Of a stretch of 64,000 nucleotides of DNA, positions 61,101 to 64,000 are shown one piece after another (the stretch's first letter is position 1; every line of letters starts with the position of its first letter). Location of the stretch: positions 288,001 to 352,000 of the forward strand of contig JBBRCZ010000001.1 of the NCBI GenBank assembly GCA_038204425.1, written 5' to 3'. The notes beneath the pieces were generated by a model that had not been told where the DNA came from, made no database searches, and worked only from the letters and a program-made list of their open reading frames with translations. A program made the translations under genes and the position numbers. Source of the DNA: Spirochaetia bacterium. GTDB lineage: Bacteria > Spirochaetota > Spirochaetia > DSM-27196 > Salinispiraceae.

Positions 61101-63171
61101 AGTTAAAAAAATTAGTATCGGTGGACCTGACAACCTTTTTTTTGTTCAAGAAAATATCAATCTTAATGCCGGTACTTGGTACCAATTTGAAGCCGATTTA
61201 ATTGGCCTTATCTTAAGCATTTACAGCCAAGAGGGCTTACTAATTGAAAGCTTTAATTTGGCCCGACATGGCTTTTCTGACGCCACAATTGACTATGTAA
61301 CTATGGATCTCTTTTTTAACAGTGCCAACAGCGGAACGCTCTACTTGGATCATTTTCAGTTACAAAAACCAATTGCCCGAAGCATTGCCCAATTTAACGC
61401 TTTGCTCAATTGGTCTTTGCCAGGCCTCATATTTGGGAACCAAGAGTTTGCGATCTTGCAGGACCTTAGTATTCGCCAAATTGCTCGACTAAAGGGTGGT
61501 TCAGTCGTGGCGGCTAACTACCAATCGTCCGATCAAAACACGCTTGGCTTTACTATAGATGGAGAATATGGCTTTACCCTGCTCTATTTAAAAACATTAA
61601 TTGGGCTCAAGGTAGATTCCCTTTTTGATCAAAGCCCTGCTCTTTTTAGGTACGCTCTTGCGTTTCCCGCAATTCCTGATAGTCCTATCACGGCCAAGGA
61701 TTCATTTTCATTCGACCCTTTGTCATTGATGGCCCGCTACTCTCGAAAAAACTCACTGGAGTTCCTGTTGAAGCCCTTTTTATCAAGCAATTTTGAAACC
61801 TTGATTGCACTGAGCGACGGACAGTTGAGTCGTGAATATGGAATAGCTTTGTCACTTCAACCGTCTGAAGACCTTGGTTTTTCTGCCAAGACTACCATCA
61901 ACCAATCATCACTTCATGACGGCCAACAGTCGGATTTTGGCAACGCGTGGGGCTACAGTTGGGACCTGCTAGTCAACAATTTGGAAGACCAGGTATTTTT
62001 GAGGTCCAACCGCCTGTTGGCCGGATTTTTTGCAAAAGGTAGCCAAGAAAAGCTCCAACTAAACATCGATTTGGGCTCAGAGCACCGTTTGGGGTCAATA
62101 GTTTTGCCCAAGGCACAATTGTTGACGTCGCTAAGTCTTGGCAACGAAGCCAGTGGCTATATTTTTTCTACTAGCTATGTCCGTACACTTGAGACCTCAC
62201 GCCCTCCAAGAGAGTTGGACTTGGCCACAGACTACACTGATGTTTTCTATCCGCTTAGTTATCTGCAAAGTTATACCTTTGGTGTTCCGTTTTATGAGTT
62301 GTGGGCAGATGACCGCAATGCATTGCTTGCGCAAGAAAACGTAAATGGTGGCACCATCACCTGGGCGGCAACAAGCAAGTTCTCACTCTCTCGCTCACTA
62401 GATCTTACTGCTCTGTCCTTGATTTTTCCCAAGACTATTAGCCTTGAATTTGCAAGGCGCATTATTAGCGAAACAGCACAGACTTCTGACCGTTGGGGTC
62501 TGCAGTTTAAGAGTGAATGGCGCGCGCTAAATCTTTTTGGGACTTTTGGAAGCAGTAAATCGGTTGAGTTTTATGAAAGCGATGATTTTTCTTACTATAT
62601 TTCCGGATCTTTTGAATGGCCACGAATTGGCGAAGCAATACTTAATTTGGCAGAAGGCATAAAAATCCAGCTTTTTGGCCTCAAAATGGATGGAGAGAAT
62701 AATAACTCTTGGAAGCAGGTCAGGGATGATATTGCAGGACTACTTGACTTTGGCAGTGTGGCGAGCTTGAGCATCAGTCAGGATCTTGTCTACCGCTACG
62801 ATGAATACGAAAGTCTTAGTCAACGCTACGGCATTGAGTTTACTTGGGCAGCCGACCTTCCACCATGGTCGCCAGAAATCGTCGGAAAAGCATCAGTGAA
62901 GTCTGCCTACTTAATCAACAAGGAACAGTTCAGCCTGCAAATTAATCCAGAAAGTCGAAGCCTAAAATTTGAGCGTTCCCTTTTTCCATCGACTGCATTG
63001 GCTAGTCAAAATGATGGTATTTTGTTTTCAATAAAGCATGGCAGTCACCTAATTTTTCCAGGACTTGCCAGGATTAGTGCAGAACTAGGCATAGGCTATG
63101 GGCAAGACTACAGCGGCCTAAACGCACGCCTTGGATTTTTTGCGCGCATAGAAGCTCAGATTAAGCTATAG
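58168..63171 (+). CDS. Very large exported/outer-membrane protein (about 1667 aa), SprA-like features suspected
   Basis: Signal peptide (LLMA-Q), many alternating amphipathic strands, two EDxDxD/NxNG acidic loops, and a C-terminal strand FFARIEAQIKL. Alternative starts at 58159 and 58201. Confidence 0.7.
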   Translation: MSRRKTKNVLLMKLQVWLCIATALFLLLLPELLMAQTSVNAPPDEATSTYIEEQLKIIEAEQSKRALFSASIGDANVEFFLSGSWRTGIGASLIVPLGNLPNNKDYLTGFTDEPWFNQAKLLLSVWYDQKFFLDLSISETEIADRFLLGYKDIKQQDGLYQWLLGNQEIGVPNYGQVPFSLGADSSPGTLFSLRNENAELHLMSRIVGRSNIVEYFKGVAPQNKLVIKPESFRKGQFFVGPYQKTSSMLVYVQSTQGSLASDGNYYQVMTPEDFLYFVPEQSKFGLKKNASSRVILVYQTAGDASPQLFANIENSGDFNFGSPIEFSLLDESLFATKVLRPLASYYGWNLDTISANPSDLFLTIEGNVGLLIFEPGLFSPFEDYSWYSSGGLNGQIELSSSNGIIFPSQVRFSFLQVIAQGSQDALLARYPLIQTDLGDLYLPTGIAPSHSYLEALAAQGKAGNVLNLSQKALPASINVKVNGLINYVWQLDDQGRNLSLNTVEARDTVIVSYQIDEKNSLSRSLQVAASGKYSLSPLDQLKAGIAMEVPILTDPLNQSISNGIVASGIEFEHTSLDKLFRLNLSTNFSVTIPDSSRLVTLQSYEDDQYVFLTDEAIALPSALPSLSQINAAISQGSYLTQNASQNPGPPLSEFGQANRAFSVKKTIAHTSGQLAGWRSDGDLSTQTIPAEVGPYLANNEGDDPFYSNVLVSSFLASADRNTASFELRLPFENRSLLDQTKGIEFWVRTPFTDADLDLFVQVGILSEDLDQDNQLDQLDSNLQGLILRHPDWIESVIVKNNERDILAKGEDRNGNGILEQENSNAVDTRYVGRLNASSSGVWRKVVISRLNPGSQGAAQAIRFFFRSADNNQDGTADDALSGTVLLGGFSLLLPIPDSTQSSSATVSSSISDNVSLQNTLNSNFPSASSNGSKMASVVYQANLGEQISIRQNIGNRTLDDGSLLTWFAFFDDNQAPPSVKKISIGGPDNLFFVQENINLNAGTWYQFEADLIGLILSIYSQEGLLIESFNLARHGFSDATIDYVTMDLFFNSANSGTLYLDHFQLQKPIARSIAQFNALLNWSLPGLIFGNQEFAILQDLSIRQIARLKGGSVVAANYQSSDQNTLGFTIDGEYGFTLLYLKTLIGLKVDSLFDQSPALFRYALAFPAIPDSPITAKDSFSFDPLSLMARYSRKNSLEFLLKPFLSSNFETLIALSDGQLSREYGIALSLQPSEDLGFSAKTTINQSSLHDGQQSDFGNAWGYSWDLLVNNLEDQVFLRSNRLLAGFFAKGSQEKLQLNIDLGSEHRLGSIVLPKAQLLTSLSLGNEASGYIFSTSYVRTLETSRPPRELDLATDYTDVFYPLSYLQSYTFGVPFYELWADDRNALLAQENVNGGTITWAATSKFSLSRSLDLTALSLIFPKTISLEFARRIISETAQTSDRWGLQFKSEWRALNLFGTFGSSKSVEFYESDDFSYYISGSFEWPRIGEAILNLAEGIKIQLFGLKMDGENNNSWKQVRDDIAGLLDFGSVASLSISQDLVYRYDEYESLSQRYGIEFTWAADLPPWSPEIVGKASVKSAYLINKEQFSLQINPESRSLKFERSLFPSTALASQNDGILFSIKHGSHLIFPGLARISAELGIGYGQDYSGLNARLGFFARIEAQIKL

Positions 63172-63272
63172 CTGGCCAAAAGTTATTAGCTACAACAAAG
63201 TAACGCTTTTTCAAATAATACTGGAAAAAATAACTTAACTGGTTATAATTGCTTAGTGGAGGAAAAGCTCTT

Positions 63273-64000
63273 ATGAAATTTAAATTTGTCATAGGTTTAT
63301 GCTTAGTGATACTTGCTGGTGCACTCTACGCCGAAGAGGCACCAGCAATACCGCCTATTGATCCTGAGGTCTTGGCCGATTTCGGCCTTAATCTTGATCT
63401 GGGCTATGATAGTTTTACTGACCCGCTAACCGGTCAAAGTATCGGTTGGCAACGAATAGGCTTCAAACCGGACCTTAAGGTTGGCGAGTTTGGTGTTGGC
63501 TTGGATATTGACTTTCGCTACCGTTTTAACGGCGGAGCTGACGGCAATACCTTTGAACTAAGAGAAGGTGACTGGGTGCCCGATCCCGAAAGGAACTTTT
63601 TTGAAGTCTATTTACCCAAAATTCGCTATTTGAGCTACGGTTCAAAAGGTTCTCCAGTCTATCTGCTTTTTGGCAACGTAGAGAATGGACTGCTCGGAAA
63701 CGGATTTATTGTTTCTAGCTACAAAAACACTCTCTATCAACCTGAGCACAGAGTATTTGGTGCGAGTTTTGATCTCGACTTTGCTGCCGTGCAGTTTCCC
63801 TATATCGGGTTTGAAACCATGGTTGCAAACATAGCAGCGTTTGACCTTTTGGCAGCTCGCATATATTTTAGGCCGCTCGCTGGAACTGACATACCGTTGT
63901 TAAAAACTTTACAGTTGGGAGTTACTGTCGCGGCAGATAGTAATCCCTATTACTATAATGATCTTACAAAACTTACTCCACCGAGTGAGGCGGTTGTAAT
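63273..64000 (+). CDS. Exported, probably outer-membrane beta-barrel protein (partial, runs off the window)
   Basis: Not in the ORF track. SD GGAGGA, ATG 63273, signal peptide MKFKFVIGLCLVILAGALYA, and open to the window end (PKIRYLSYG...LGNGFIV). Confidence 0.8.
   Translation, partial: MKFKFVIGLCLVILAGALYAEEAPAIPPIDPEVLADFGLNLDLGYDSFTDPLTGQSIGWQRIGFKPDLKVGEFGVGLDIDFRYRFNGGADGNTFELREGDWVPDPERNFFEVYLPKIRYLSYGSKGSPVYLLFGNVENGLLGNGFIVSSYKNTLYQPEHRVFGASFDLDFAAVQFPYIGFETMVANIAAFDLLAARIYFRPLAGTDIPLLKTLQLGVTVAADSNPYYYNDLTKLTPPSEAVV

Noticed and set aside
1..64000. CRISPR arrays, IS elements, prophage, riboswitches
   Set aside because: No regularly spaced repeats, transposase, integrase or phage genes were seen. 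Intergenic regions are short and I recognised no aptamer.

Overview
This 64-kb window of about 40% GC looks like core chromosome from a spirochaete (Spirochaetales-like). That assignment is inferred from the MurE EDPR motif, the spirochaete-type PilZ and ComFB proteins, and the mltG-dnaG-rpoD-zinc ribbon-rnpB and scpAB-rluB-cmk-rpsA gene orders. It carries about 58 protein-coding genes, mainly for cell wall (murE, ddl, mreBCD-pbp2-rodA, mltG, dacA), information processing (recA, scpAB, rpsA, dnaG, rpoD, nrdR) and metabolism (dapL fragment, rpe, prs, folK, purU, gpmA, sufSU, sod). It also has RNase P RNA and four tRNAs (Tyr, Thr, fMet, Met). No integrase, transposase, prophage or CRISPR array was seen. 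The most notable observations are: (1) a divergent cluster at 50.6-64 kb, with lipoprotein-PilZ-degenerate cyclase/STAND/TPR on one side and HD hydrolase-YbjN-like-ComFB-giant SprA-like outer-membrane protein on the other, which may be a cyclic-dinucleotide-linked envelope system; (2) folK apparently needing a CTG start that overlaps the recA stop; (3) many sigma70-like promoters only 7-11 nt upstream of SD-less start codons, suggesting leaderless or ultra-short-leader mRNAs; (4) a DnaG that has lost three of its four zinc ligands; (5) a zinc-ribbon protein with a 116-aa, about 56% acidic tail encoded immediately upstream of rnpB. All calls come from motif recognition by eye; no database searches were run.
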